Positions 1-8,582 of a stretch of 64,000 nt of DNA are shown piece by piece. The position numbers were made by a program, and so were the translations under genes. Numbering within the stretch: position 1 is the stretch's first letter; the number at the start of each line of letters is the position of its first letter. Source of the DNA: a virus; the IMG/VR virus record IMGVR_UViG_3300026484_000394, positions 1 through 64,000 of that record; one strand, 5' to 3'. The notes beneath the pieces were generated by a model. That model was not told the origin of the DNA, searched no databases, and saw only the letters and a list, made by a program, of their open reading frames with translations.

Positions 1-258
1 TGTGCCTCTCAGGTCTAAATAATCGCCAACAGACAGGTTTTCAGGCAGTTCCGTGATGGCTGTGTGTTCTAGGTCTAAATAGTCGCCCACAGATAAATTT
101 TCAGGCAGTTTTGTGATAGCTGTGTCCCCTAAATACAAAGAGCCACTCACAGATAAATTCTCAGGCAGTTCCGTGATAGCTGTGTTTTCCAAGTCTAAAG
201 ACCCTTCTATTGCTAATCCTAATTTTGGGTTAAGTTTTCCATCTACTACTGTTTTCAT
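1..258 (-). CDS. LRR protein paralog 1 (N-terminal part; runs off the window edge)
   Basis: Not in the ORF track. ATG at 258 follows an AAGGAG RBS. Translates MKTVVDGKLNPKLGLAIEGSLDLENTAITELPENLSVSGSLYLGDTAITKLPENLSVGDYLDLEH..., nearly identical to the 546-1433 gene; frame open to position 1. Confidence 0.9.
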   Translation of the reverse strand, partial: MKTVVDGKLNPKLGLAIEGSLDLENTAITELPENLSVSGSLYLGDTAITKLPENLSVGDYLDLEHTAITELPENLSVGDYLDLRGT

Positions 259-307
259 ATTTTACTCCTTAAAGTTTTAGGCTATGAAACCTTTGCTGCT
301 CAACAGC
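259..307 (-). promoter_or_regulatory. Conserved leader copy 1 (hairpin + GGTTTCATAGCCTAAAAC + RBS)
   Basis: Minus strand reads GCTG-TTGAG-CAGC-AAAGGTTTCATAGCCTAAAACTTTAAGGAGTAAAATATG; near-identical copies at 1434-1483 and 2007-2057. Confidence 0.85.
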
Positions 308-334
308 TTATTTGCCTTGAATAAAGGCATCTTG

Positions 335-424
335 GATACTCAAATCATATACTACTTTCATCTGCTACTCAATTTTTTCTGAGTAGAATACTCTAGATTA
401 CTTATAGTATCTGATTTGAGTATC
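335..424. other. Long inverted repeat / branched stem-loop in spacer
   Basis: 20-bp arms at 335-354 and 405-424 (1 mismatch) enclose a 7-bp hairpin at 365-386 (CTACTCA/TGAGTAG); a further hairpin at 313-329. Confidence 0.7.
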
Positions 425-486
425 GTTTTTATCTGAGTTAGTTTTTAGTCTTACATAAAGCACAGGTAAAAAAAAGATATATTTTA

Positions 487-506
487 AAAGCCTCTTGATG
501 GGCTTT
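487..506 (-). terminator. Possible intrinsic terminator after the LRR gene
   Basis: AAAGCC...GGCTTT stem on the minus strand followed by T-rich sequence, about 40 nt after the stop at 546. Confidence 0.45.
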
Positions 507-545
507 GCTTCGTTTTACGCCCAGCTTGGCGAGAAGTCTAACTTG

Positions 546-1433
546 CTATTTTAACTCCTTTGCTTTGTCAAAGCATTCTCTAACCTTATTGATATAATCT
601 TCTGGGCTTGAATACTTCTTTTTAATACGAAATATTGCTTCTTCTTTAGTACCTCTAAAACATCCAATATGAATTATTGTTTTGTCTTTTAGGTCTAAGT
701 ATATAGCCCTATTATTGGAGCCACAATCATATACGACAGGGTAGTTTACGATGGCTGTGCCTTCCAGATACAGAAAGCCACCCACAGACAAGTTGTCAGG
801 TAATGATGTGATGGCTGTATCTCTTAGGTCTAAATAGTCACCCACAGACAAGCTTTCGGGTAGTTCTGTGATGGCTGTGCCTCTCAGGTCTAAATAATCG
901 CCAACAGACAGGTTTTCAGGCAGTTCCGTGATGGCTGTGTGTTCTAGGTCTAAATAGTCGCCCACAGATAAATTTTCAGGCAGTTTTGTGATAGCTGTGT
1001 CCACTAAATACAAAGAGCCCCCTACAGACAAGTTCTCAGGCAGTTCCGTGATAGCTGTACATCCTAAATTTAAAGAGCCTTCCACAGACAGGTTTTCAGG
1101 CAGTTCTGTGATGGCTGCACCTCCTAAATTTAAACAGCCACACACAGACAGACTTTCAGGCAGTTCCGTGATGGCTGTGCCTCTCAGGTCTAAATAATCG
1201 CCAACAGACAGGTTTTCAGGCAGTTCCGTGATGGCTGTGTGTTCTAGGTCTAAATAGTCGCCCACAGACAGGTTTTCAGGCAGTTCTGTGATGGCTGTGT
1301 TTTCTAAGTCTAAATAGCCTCCAATAGATAGGTTTTTAGGCAATTCTGTGATGGCTGTGTTTTCCAAGTCTAAAGACCCTTCTATTGCTAATCCTAATTT
1401 TGGGTTAAGTTTTCCATTTATAACTTTTTTCAT
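546..1433 (-). CDS. Leucine-rich repeat protein (10 full + 1 partial 20-aa LRR, C-terminal IGCF-type cap)
   Basis: Repeat xLxLxxTAITELPENLSVGx; C-terminal IHIGCFRGTKEEAIxxIKKKY cap; AAGGAG RBS. Confidence 0.92.
   Translation of the reverse strand: MKKVINGKLNPKLGLAIEGSLDLENTAITELPKNLSIGGYLDLENTAITELPENLSVGDYLDLEHTAITELPENLSVGDYLDLRGTAITELPESLSVCGCLNLGGAAITELPENLSVEGSLNLGCTAITELPENLSVGGSLYLVDTAITKLPENLSVGDYLDLEHTAITELPENLSVGDYLDLRGTAITELPESLSVGDYLDLRDTAITSLPDNLSVGGFLYLEGTAIVNYPVVYDCGSNNRAIYLDLKDKTIIHIGCFRGTKEEAIFRIKKKYSSPEDYINKVRECFDKAKELK
748..1380. repeat. 60-bp coding tandem repeat (LRR units)
   Basis: Period-60 repeats visible directly, e.g. cagacaggttttcaggcagttccgtgatggctgtg. Confidence 0.95.
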
Positions 1434-1483
1434 AATTTACTCCTTAAAAGTTTTAGGCTATGAAACCTTTGTCGCTCAACGAC
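1434..1483 (-). promoter_or_regulatory. Conserved leader copy 2
   Basis: GTCG-TTGAG-CGAC-AAAGGTTTCATAGCCTAAAACTTTTAAGGAGTAAATTATG. Confidence 0.85.
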
Positions 1484-1508
1484 TTGTTTGAGTCTTTCGA
1501 CCTCCTAA

Positions 1509-1577
1509 TTGTCTAAAAACAAAATACAAAAATATTCTCTTTTTAGACAAGATGCACAAGAAATAAATCTTGTGCAT
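1509..1577. other. Two adjacent stem-loops in spacer
   Basis: TTGTCTAAAAA/TTTTTAGACAA (1509-1550) and ATGCACAAGA/TCTTGTGCAT (1552-1577). Confidence 0.7.
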
Positions 1578-1583
1578 TATCTG

Positions 1584-2006
1584 CTAGTAGTGTTTTTTTT
1601 GAAAAGCTTTTGTTAGCTTTTCAGTTTTTGGTACTGTTGATTTAATTCCGTAAACAAGAGAGCAGATGATTGGAGTGTATAGCTCTAAAATGTCCCCCAT
1701 TAGTTTATAATAGTCTCCTGTAAAACTTTCAGACATTTCTAGTGCTATTTCCATACGTGCACCTTTTTTAGACAGCTGGTAAAAGAGTTGCCCCGTAATC
1801 GAGCCACTTTTAATTGGCAACGTGTCCGACTTAGTTCCACCAAGTGCTAATTTTATTTTGTCTAAAAAACTGATTTTTGATACATTTAACATTTTGCCAT
1901 TTGCAGCACCAAAGATTTCATTTATATTTTCAACAGCTGTATCTTGATATGTTGCAACTGATTTTAGTTCTGCTGCTGTAACAACTATAGTAGTTTGTAA
2001 TTTCAT
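1584..2006 (-). CDS. Hypothetical protein (140 aa)
   Basis: ORF with the same conserved leader and RBS as the LRR genes. Confidence 0.85.
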   Translation of the reverse strand: MKLQTTIVVTAAELKSVATYQDTAVENINEIFGAANGKMLNVSKISFLDKIKLALGGTKSDTLPIKSGSITGQLFYQLSKKGARMEIALEMSESFTGDYYKLMGDILELYTPIICSLVYGIKSTVPKTEKLTKAFQKKHY

Positions 2007-2057
2007 AATTTACTCCTTAAAAGTTTTAGGCTATGAAACCTTTGCTAATCAATAGCA
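2007..2057 (-). promoter_or_regulatory. Conserved leader copy 3
   Basis: TGCTA-TTGAT-TAGCA-AAGGTTTCATAGCCTAAAACTTTTAAGGAGTAAATTATG. Confidence 0.85.
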
Positions 2058-2088
2058 TTGTTGATCTCTTTTTACTTAAAGACACCTC

Positions 2089-2133
2089 TTACCCAAAGCA
2101 CAACACATATATAATATGTTCTGCTTAGGGTAA
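2089..2133. other. Long imperfect hairpin in the divergent intergenic region
   Basis: TTACCCAAAGCA/TGCTTAGGGTAA outer arms plus ACATAT/ATATGT inner arms. Confidence 0.65.
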
Positions 2134-2197
2134 ACATAAGATATATTCTCCTACATATATATATACCCTGTTTTCTCTAAAAAGTCCCACCCAGAAA

Positions 2198-2208
2198 TGT
2201 GCTATAAT
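2198..2208 (+). promoter_or_regulatory. Extended -10 promoter TGTGCTATAAT
   Basis: Perfect TRTGnTATAAT 26 nt before the HNH start; no TTGACA upstream. Confidence 0.75.
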
Positions 2209-2234
2209 TCACGATATTTATACAAGGACGAACG

Positions 2235-2531
2235 ATGAGCAAATGGAGAAATACTAGGGCATACCGAAAATGGAGGGCTCTTGTTATTCGTAGAGATGTC
2301 AAATGTGTTGTGTGCGGAAGCATGAAGAGAAGAAGTGCTCATCATAAGAATCATGCAACATACTTTCTCTCTCAAAGGTTTGATTTAGAGAATGGAGTAT
2401 GCTTGTGTGGTCAATGCCACATCCAGTTTCATTGCAACTATAAAAATTCAAGTAGAGAGAAATGCACAAAAAAAGATTTCAATAATTTTATGGACCTATG
2501 CGGGTATCTGAAATCAATAAACTCAAAGTAG
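2235..2531 (+). CDS. HNH endonuclease
   Basis: RD-x2-CVVCG ... AHH ... NGVCLCGQCH zinc-binding HNH signature. Confidence 0.9.
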   Translation: MSKWRNTRAYRKWRALVIRRDVKCVVCGSMKRRSAHHKNHATYFLSQRFDLENGVCLCGQCHIQFHCNYKNSSREKCTKKDFNNFMDLCGYLKSINSK

Positions 2532-2572
2532 TAATTAGGTATCATAAGCAAAAGATTTTCAAAGGAGATGTA

Positions 2573-3295
2573 GTGAGTAAGATACAAATATTACTTCGGG
2601 GATTACTTTCGTTGTTGTCGACTAAAAAAGTCAGTCATCAAAAAGAATTCGCCATGGTAAAAAAAGATGTCCCCACAAGTGCTATCCCAAAAATAAAAGT
2701 AGCATTAATTGTTGGGCACAGTCGAAAAAAGCAAGGAGCTGAAGGGTCAGCAGGAGAGTCTGAGTTTATGTTCTATAAAAATTTAGCTCCTGAGATTGTA
2801 AGTAGTTTTCATCAGAACCCAAGCCTACAAGGAAAGGTCCAAGTAAAAGTCTTTTTCAGGGATGAGACTGCGGGCTATGTTGGAGCAATGCATATTCTTC
2901 ACAAAGATATAGATACGTGGGGAGCTGACTTAAGTATATCGTTGCATTTCAATGCTGCACTGGACCCTTCTATAAATGGACACGAAGTCTTATACTGCAA
3001 TAATAGTTCGAGAGGGCACAAATATGCAAACTCCCTATGTAAAATTTTGCATGCAAAAATAGGTACGCAAAACAGAGGTCCACTAGCTAGAACGAAACAG
3101 AATAGAGGAGGCCAGTTCCTTTGCCTTGGAAAATCTGCATGTATTCTAATAGAGCCTTTTTTTGCAGCACACCAATTGGACTATATGCCAGGACATAGAA
3201 ACAGAGAACTACTTATAGCTTCTCTTTCTGAACTGGTACTTGAAGCTTGGGAAGAAGAAAAGGTTCCTAAACAACAGACTGAAGGAGAAGAGTAA
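2573..3295 (+). CDS. N-acetylmuramoyl-L-alanine amidase (Amidase_3 type endolysin)
   Basis: Zn/catalytic motifs VALIVGH, SE, SISLHFNA, ILIEPFF. Start moved to the GTG at 2573 behind AAAGGAG (track start 2498). Confidence 0.88.
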   Translation: MSKIQILLRGLLSLLSTKKVSHQKEFAMVKKDVPTSAIPKIKVALIVGHSRKKQGAEGSAGESEFMFYKNLAPEIVSSFHQNPSLQGKVQVKVFFRDETAGYVGAMHILHKDIDTWGADLSISLHFNAALDPSINGHEVLYCNNSSRGHKYANSLCKILHAKIGTQNRGPLARTKQNRGGQFLCLGKSACILIEPFFAAHQLDYMPGHRNRELLIASLSELVLEAWEEEKVPKQQTEGEE

Positions 3296-5481
3296 TGTCT
3301 GACTATATCGCAAATGGAGGGAAAGCACTCACTATTACCCCAGAGAATATTGAGAAAGTTACTTCTATACAGGCTAACGATGGAACTATAAATATTGTCA
3401 ATAGCTCCGATTCCGGGATGGTAGTGGAATTTGAAAAAAGTGCAGTAATATCAATTAAGTCATTCGGGCAAGTTAATGTTCGGGGAAAGATGATTACTAT
3501 AGGGAGTTCTGACGGAACAATAGAACAGGTGATTCCTCATTGGCAATCTGTTCATCCGATAAATGTAATTTGGGTTGAAGATGCTCCTGAAACGAATAGA
3601 TTTTCTCCGTGGTTCGGTATTAATCCTCAAGGTTCAGACTTAGCTGGATTTGAAGCATTTAGCACAGAGATAGAAGGGAGAGTTTTTAAATGGCAAGATG
3701 GAGATATCATTTTCTCAGATAGCGAAAGCTACTCTCAAATACCTGCAGATGGCTGTAAGATACAAGTTCCAAACATTATCTTTTCCACTGAAGACCCGTT
3801 TAGTTCAACTAAATATGCACGGCTAAGAAATGATGAAGGTGGAAGCCTAAATATATCTGGAGTCAGCTTTTCTGACTTTGGTGGTACATTCAGAGGATTG
3901 TCTCATTTGGATATTAGAGACACTGGTTTTTACGGTTCTACTTATATTCAGTACGGTCTTAAATTGAAACTATCTAATGTTTTCTCTGGAATGAGAGATA
4001 GTCTATCTAGTGGATTGAATATCAACTATTCATCCGACATCCTAGTTTCTGATGTAGGAGGTATTTCTTTTAAGAATAACGGACTCTCTATTACTCATTC
4101 TAAAGAAATAAATGGTTATCGACTGCTTGGAATAACAGTAAAAAGAGATTCTGCTAATGACAGTCCTGTTAGCCTAAAGACTGTACAGAACCTAAAAGTG
4201 ATAGGCATAGTTGCTTCTGGTGGGCAGTTCAGATTAGAGAATACGGCAAAAGTAAGAGTTTATGAAATTAGACTTTCTGACCAAGTTAGTGGAGAAGAGA
4301 ATAGTTCAACAGCTACCTCTAATATAGTAATTGACAATGCATCAGAGACATCTCTTCATCATGTGTCTGTCGTGAAAGAAGGTGGAGCTAAACTATCCTA
4401 CGCTTCTATCCGAAATTCATCTGACATAGATATCACTAAGATGAGCGTGAGAAGTTCATATGCGAACAATGTTATGACGGGCGATGTGTCTAGTAACCTG
4501 AGAATTTCAGAATTGTATTATGACGGCTTCAGTGGAGCAACTCCATTCTTTTTCCCTAGAAAAAACAACGGTCTTTTGTTGCAATCTGTAAGCTCAAAGG
4601 TTACACCTGATATAAAAATTGAAGCAATCAATACTGTCATTAAAGGTGTGCAGGCAAACCAAATCATTACTGATATTGATGGAATAGCTAACTGTAGCTT
4701 TGCTCAGATTTACACAGGAGAGAGCGAAGGAAAACTAGTATCAATAATGACAAAAGGGAGTGCTTCTTTCTCTAACATTTTAGGAAGACTAAAATGGTCC
4801 AATGATGCTAAGATGTATTTTGATCAAGAAGGTGATTCTATTGAGATAGAGATGCCATTTAATGTTAAAGGAGTTACTCTTCAGGATATAGAACCTGAAA
4901 TAGACGGAAGTAATATAGATGCTTTAGCGATAGATTATAGCCTCCATTCAGAAGAAGGATGGTCTTCTTTTAAAGGCTTTCATTCAGAACATTTACAAAA
5001 TGAAGTTATTGATACCAATAAGGGGTTCAGACTTAAGTTCAGAATTACGGCAGGAAGTATAGAAAAGAGTACTTGCATATCTACTATAACGCTTAATACC
5101 TACGATAAGAGGACGGTATATCCACTAGATACTGTTTCTGGTATTCTATCTTTTGAGGAAAATGCAGTTATTGATGACCATGCTAAATATTTCTTATTCT
5201 TCAAACAGGGCTATGGAACGCCCAATGCAGTGTTGGTTAAGGATGCTAATGGGCTGGATATTCAAGGACATGTCGATGGTCGCTCTGAGATTAGATTTGA
5301 ATATGATTTTGCAAATGATAATACTAATGGAAGAGAGCCAGGCTTTGATGTAGAAATGGTTTTAGTCCTTGCTGGGAGTAGCATAGCTTCTAGTCAAACT
5401 GTATCTCAAGAATTCAGAGATGGAATAATTAATATGTTTAGAATGAGAGCCTCTCGTGATAATGCATACAAAGGAGAATAG
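3295..5481 (+). CDS. Virion protein with parallel beta-helix-like repeats (tailspike/fibre-like)
   Basis: Central Asn/Ser/Ile-rich periodic strands (LNINYSSDILVSDV, SITHSKEING, IRNSSDIDIT); start overlaps the amidase stop. Confidence 0.5.
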   Translation: MSDYIANGGKALTITPENIEKVTSIQANDGTINIVNSSDSGMVVEFEKSAVISIKSFGQVNVRGKMITIGSSDGTIEQVIPHWQSVHPINVIWVEDAPETNRFSPWFGINPQGSDLAGFEAFSTEIEGRVFKWQDGDIIFSDSESYSQIPADGCKIQVPNIIFSTEDPFSSTKYARLRNDEGGSLNISGVSFSDFGGTFRGLSHLDIRDTGFYGSTYIQYGLKLKLSNVFSGMRDSLSSGLNINYSSDILVSDVGGISFKNNGLSITHSKEINGYRLLGITVKRDSANDSPVSLKTVQNLKVIGIVASGGQFRLENTAKVRVYEIRLSDQVSGEENSSTATSNIVIDNASETSLHHVSVVKEGGAKLSYASIRNSSDIDITKMSVRSSYANNVMTGDVSSNLRISELYYDGFSGATPFFFPRKNNGLLLQSVSSKVTPDIKIEAINTVIKGVQANQIITDIDGIANCSFAQIYTGESEGKLVSIMTKGSASFSNILGRLKWSNDAKMYFDQEGDSIEIEMPFNVKGVTLQDIEPEIDGSNIDALAIDYSLHSEEGWSSFKGFHSEHLQNEVIDTNKGFRLKFRITAGSIEKSTCISTITLNTYDKRTVYPLDTVSGILSFEENAVIDDHAKYFLFFKQGYGTPNAVLVKDANGLDIQGHVDGRSEIRFEYDFANDNTNGREPGFDVEMVLVLAGSSIASSQTVSQEFRDGIINMFRMRASRDNAYKGE

Positions 5482-5484
5482 AAT

Positions 5485-5784
5485 ATGAGAATTCAAAATT
5501 CAGACACAAAAATACTTCTCTTAGAGATAGGGCTTCAAACAGCCCTGTTTCAAGGCGACACTAAACAAGTGGATGAGAACACTACTGCTGTCTACAATCC
5601 AGATGGAGTGAAAATTCAGGAAATTAAAGTGGTTGATGGACAGAGAAGTGCAGCTATCAAAACACATTCTTTTGTATGGATGGGTCAAGAGCCTAGCCTG
5701 GCGACACATCAATATTTATTGGAAACTCCAGGAGAAGAAACTTTATCTCAGAAATCAATTATTTTAGGAGGACGAAATGGCTAA
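5485..5784 (+). CDS. Hypothetical protein
   Basis: AAGGAG RBS, operon context. Confidence 0.75.
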   Translation: MRIQNSDTKILLLEIGLQTALFQGDTKQVDENTTAVYNPDGVKIQEIKVVDGQRSAAIKTHSFVWMGQEPSLATHQYLLETPGEETLSQKSIILGGRNG

Positions 5785-6247
5785 AATAGAATTTGATGGA
5801 GCGAGACGACTTATCATAGTTGAACAAGGAGAAACTTCTCTCGATGTTCAAAAGGATATTTATTCTGCTTGGAAAGAATGGTTTATTTCAGAAAGGAATA
5901 GTAGATTTTTGGTGGCGTTTCATGTGGTAGGAGGAGACTCTCTTCCTGGCGATGGAGAGCAGTTGGGCTTAACTTTCTTTTTGACAAATGGGTGGAAGAT
6001 TAGACCATTTGAAGGAGACCATAGATTAATAATTAATGGAAATCTATATAGTAAAGATGGGACGGATCCCATTGTTGATACAGTAGGTGATTACAGAGTT
6101 ACTGTAACAATGAAGGTATCTAATTTAGTTACTACTGTAAATAGTGGTATAATTACATTGCCTGATAATTTCGGAGAACATACATCATCTACTCAAAACA
6201 TAGAAGATGCTACTGTTACTGAAGAATGGACAATGACAGCAAGTTAG
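5777..6247 (+). CDS. Putative virion structural protein
   Basis: AGGAGG RBS; DIYSAWKEW...GGDxLP...FFLTNGWKIRP pattern that I associate with phage fibre-associated proteins. Confidence 0.6.
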   Translation: MAKIEFDGARRLIIVEQGETSLDVQKDIYSAWKEWFISERNSRFLVAFHVVGGDSLPGDGEQLGLTFFLTNGWKIRPFEGDHRLIINGNLYSKDGTDPIVDTVGDYRVTVTMKVSNLVTTVNSGIITLPDNFGEHTSSTQNIEDATVTEEWTMTAS

Positions 6248-6275
6248 ACCAAATTAAACAAACAAGGAAAATATT

Positions 6276-6884
6276 ATGATAAAAAAAGTAGGACTTCCAT
6301 TTCATGTGGAATTAAATAGTCACCAAAAGTTTTTTGGAGCGACTGGGTTTAAAACAAAAGTAGTTAATCTTCATGAAGATTCAATGGAAACTCTTTCGAC
6401 TGATGCAGTAGAGATTGTTGAGAATATCGAAGATGCTCATACAGCAACTGTGGATGTGGCAACACCAGTAGGTTCTCGCACAATAGTTTTAGCTGACGGA
6501 GCAAATCTTGAAGATGGAGAAGTTTTTGAGACACCGGCTGGAGATAAATACTATATTGATTCTGTTGTTGACGGGATAGTGAAGCTTAAATTTGCACTTA
6601 CTCAAGCCTTGGCTAGTGGAGATGATTTGACGCAGGTTGGAAACACTGGTGTATATAAGATTTCAATTGCTATTAATACGGCTGGAGACTTTGGAGTATA
6701 TGTGAGCAACCCATCTTTAAATATGAGATTGAAAGGTATCCAATATACTTTAAAAGATATTGTAATCGAAGATATTGCTCAAAAATTAGACTCTTTAGAA
6801 ACAGCTCTTGCTGACAAAATAAATAGTATTCAATCTACTCTTGATAATGCAGAGTCAGCTGAATTTACTGTATTTGGTGGTTAA
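6276..6884 (+). CDS. Putative virion structural protein
   Basis: Beta-rich domain plus C-terminal coiled coil; AAGGA RBS. Confidence 0.6.
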   Translation: MIKKVGLPFHVELNSHQKFFGATGFKTKVVNLHEDSMETLSTDAVEIVENIEDAHTATVDVATPVGSRTIVLADGANLEDGEVFETPAGDKYYIDSVVDGIVKLKFALTQALASGDDLTQVGNTGVYKISIAINTAGDFGVYVSNPSLNMRLKGIQYTLKDIVIEDIAQKLDSLETALADKINSIQSTLDNAESAEFTVFGG

Positions 6885-6887
6885 GCT

Positions 6888-8573
6888 ATGACTGAATATA
6901 TTATACCCAGTGCGGCGGTAGACTTCGAGTTAGATTTAAGTGCTCTAAATCTTCCTTGCAAGATTATTGACCTCAGAGAGACGACTGACTATCCTGGAAT
7001 CTCTGTATGTGAAAGTTTAGAGGATGGTTTAAAATTACTGTCACTTTCCGCTTCTGTTCTTTCGACGACACTAGAGAATAGTCTGTTTATTAGAGAGAGA
7101 AATGAAACAGAGGGTAGGTATTGTGTGTTAGGAAAAGAGGCTATTGACTTATCTTACTCAGATGCACCAGACTCTGAAACAGGGGCGAAAGGTAACCAAG
7201 CAATAGCTATTGGAGTCCAGAATAATGCCATTGGGGACAAGTCTATTGCTCAAGGGTACGGAAATATCGCCAAAGATATTGGAGATGTTGCGTTAGGGAA
7301 CAGCAATAGTGCTGATGGAGCTGTCTCTATTGGGGTGAAAAATCGTGGAGAATCCAGCGTAGCTATTGGAGATGGGAACTCTGCACTAGTCGAAAGCGTT
7401 GCAATAGGGATTCTATGTCTTGCATCTACGTCGGGTGCGGTTGCGATTGGTGCTAGGTCTAAAGCTGAAGCCGAAGGAGCTATAGCTTTAGGTTATGGTT
7501 CTAAGGCAAAGAGCAGAGGAAGTGTCGCTCTTGGCTGGGGCAATACGGCAAGTGGATCTCATTCTTTTGCAACTGGCGATAGGAATACGGTAAGTGGAGA
7601 TAATTCTTTTGTATCTGGCTATAAAAGTACGGTAAGTGGACATCATTCTTTTGCATCTGGCTCCCGGAATACGGCAAGTGGAGCTGCTGCTTTTGCATCT
7701 GGCTGCGAGAATACGGCAAGTGGAACTGGTGCTTTTGCATTTGGCCGTGAGAATACGGCAAGTGGAACTGGTGCTTTTGCATTTGGCCGTGAGAATACGG
7801 CAAGTGAAACTGGTGCTTTTGCATTTGGCTATAGGAATATGGCAAGTGGAGATTATTCTTCTGCATCTGGCCGTGAGAATACGGCAAGTGGAGATCATTC
7901 TCTTGCATCTGGCTACCAGAATACGGCAGGTGGAGCTTGTTCTTTTGCATTTGGCGAGAGGAATAATGCAAGTGAAACTAATTCTTTTGCATTTGGCGCA
8001 AATAATACGGCTTCGGGCTATAATGCTATGGTCTTTGGAAGCGACAGTAAATCACTGGCTAGACATTCTTTCACTCATGGTCGCAAAGTGACTAACTCGG
8101 GCAAATATTCAATGATTGTAGGATTTTGTGGAGTCAACAGACATAATCATGCGACCGGAGTAGCATATGCTGGATACAGAGTCGGAGTCGGAAGTAATGC
8201 CGTTCTAACTGCCTGTGCTGAATTTACCAGTGATGAAACAGAAGTATCAACGAATGATCTAACTCTGCTACATAAGTCATCTATGACAAGACTGGAATAT
8301 ACAATAACTGCATTCACAGTAGATATGTCAAAGCGGATGTGTATTAGTAAGGACATTCTTGTTTCAGTTGGAGCAGACGGTAATGTTTCTGTGGATTCAG
8401 AAGTAAATGAAAACATCTTTGTAACAGACGAGACAGAATGGTTGTTCAACATTAATGTGTTTGATGCAACAGATTCTGCTGATGCTTACCTGCAACCTTC
8501 TGTGGTGGGAGAGGCTGATACAGAGATAAACTGGTCTTGGTCAGTAAAAATAACAGAAGCTTACGCAGCATAA
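6888..8573 (+). CDS. Tail fibre/adhesin with YadA-like head (Hep-Hag) repeats
   Basis: Many 14-aa repeats: AIAIG/SVAIG then SFAxGxxNTASG. Confidence 0.85.
   Translation: MTEYIIPSAAVDFELDLSALNLPCKIIDLRETTDYPGISVCESLEDGLKLLSLSASVLSTTLENSLFIRERNETEGRYCVLGKEAIDLSYSDAPDSETGAKGNQAIAIGVQNNAIGDKSIAQGYGNIAKDIGDVALGNSNSADGAVSIGVKNRGESSVAIGDGNSALVESVAIGILCLASTSGAVAIGARSKAEAEGAIALGYGSKAKSRGSVALGWGNTASGSHSFATGDRNTVSGDNSFVSGYKSTVSGHHSFASGSRNTASGAAAFASGCENTASGTGAFAFGRENTASGTGAFAFGRENTASETGAFAFGYRNMASGDYSSASGRENTASGDHSLASGYQNTAGGACSFAFGERNNASETNSFAFGANNTASGYNAMVFGSDSKSLARHSFTHGRKVTNSGKYSMIVGFCGVNRHNHATGVAYAGYRVGVGSNAVLTACAEFTSDETEVSTNDLTLLHKSSMTRLEYTITAFTVDMSKRMCISKDILVSVGADGNVSVDSEVNENIFVTDETEWLFNINVFDATDSADAYLQPSVVGEADTEINWSWSVKITEAYAA
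7542..8020. repeat. 42-bp coding tandem repeat (about 11-12 units)
   Basis: aatacggcaagtgga...ttttgcat(c/t)tggc recurs every 42 nt; units at 7710 and 7752 are identical. Confidence 0.92.
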
Positions 8574-8582
8574 GGAAAACAA

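Noticed and set aside
1-1433. Diversity-generating retroelement acting on the LRR genes
   Set aside because: No reverse transcriptase in the window and no non-coding template repeat; the differences are whole-unit gains and losses rather than clearly adenine-specific changes.
274-2040. GTTTTAGGCTATGAAAC resembles the start of type II CRISPR repeats (GTTTTAGAGCTATG) and a GAAAC repeat end
   Set aside because: Copies are 570-1180 nt apart, separated by whole genes and fixed relative to RBS/ATG. There are no spacer-sized intervals and no cas genes, so a gene leader explains it better.
7488-8091. Repetitive alternative-frame ORFs (7488-7898, 7501-7971, 7636-8091) and 988-1197
   Set aside because: Stop-free shadows of in-frame 42-bp and 60-bp coding repeats; no RBS.
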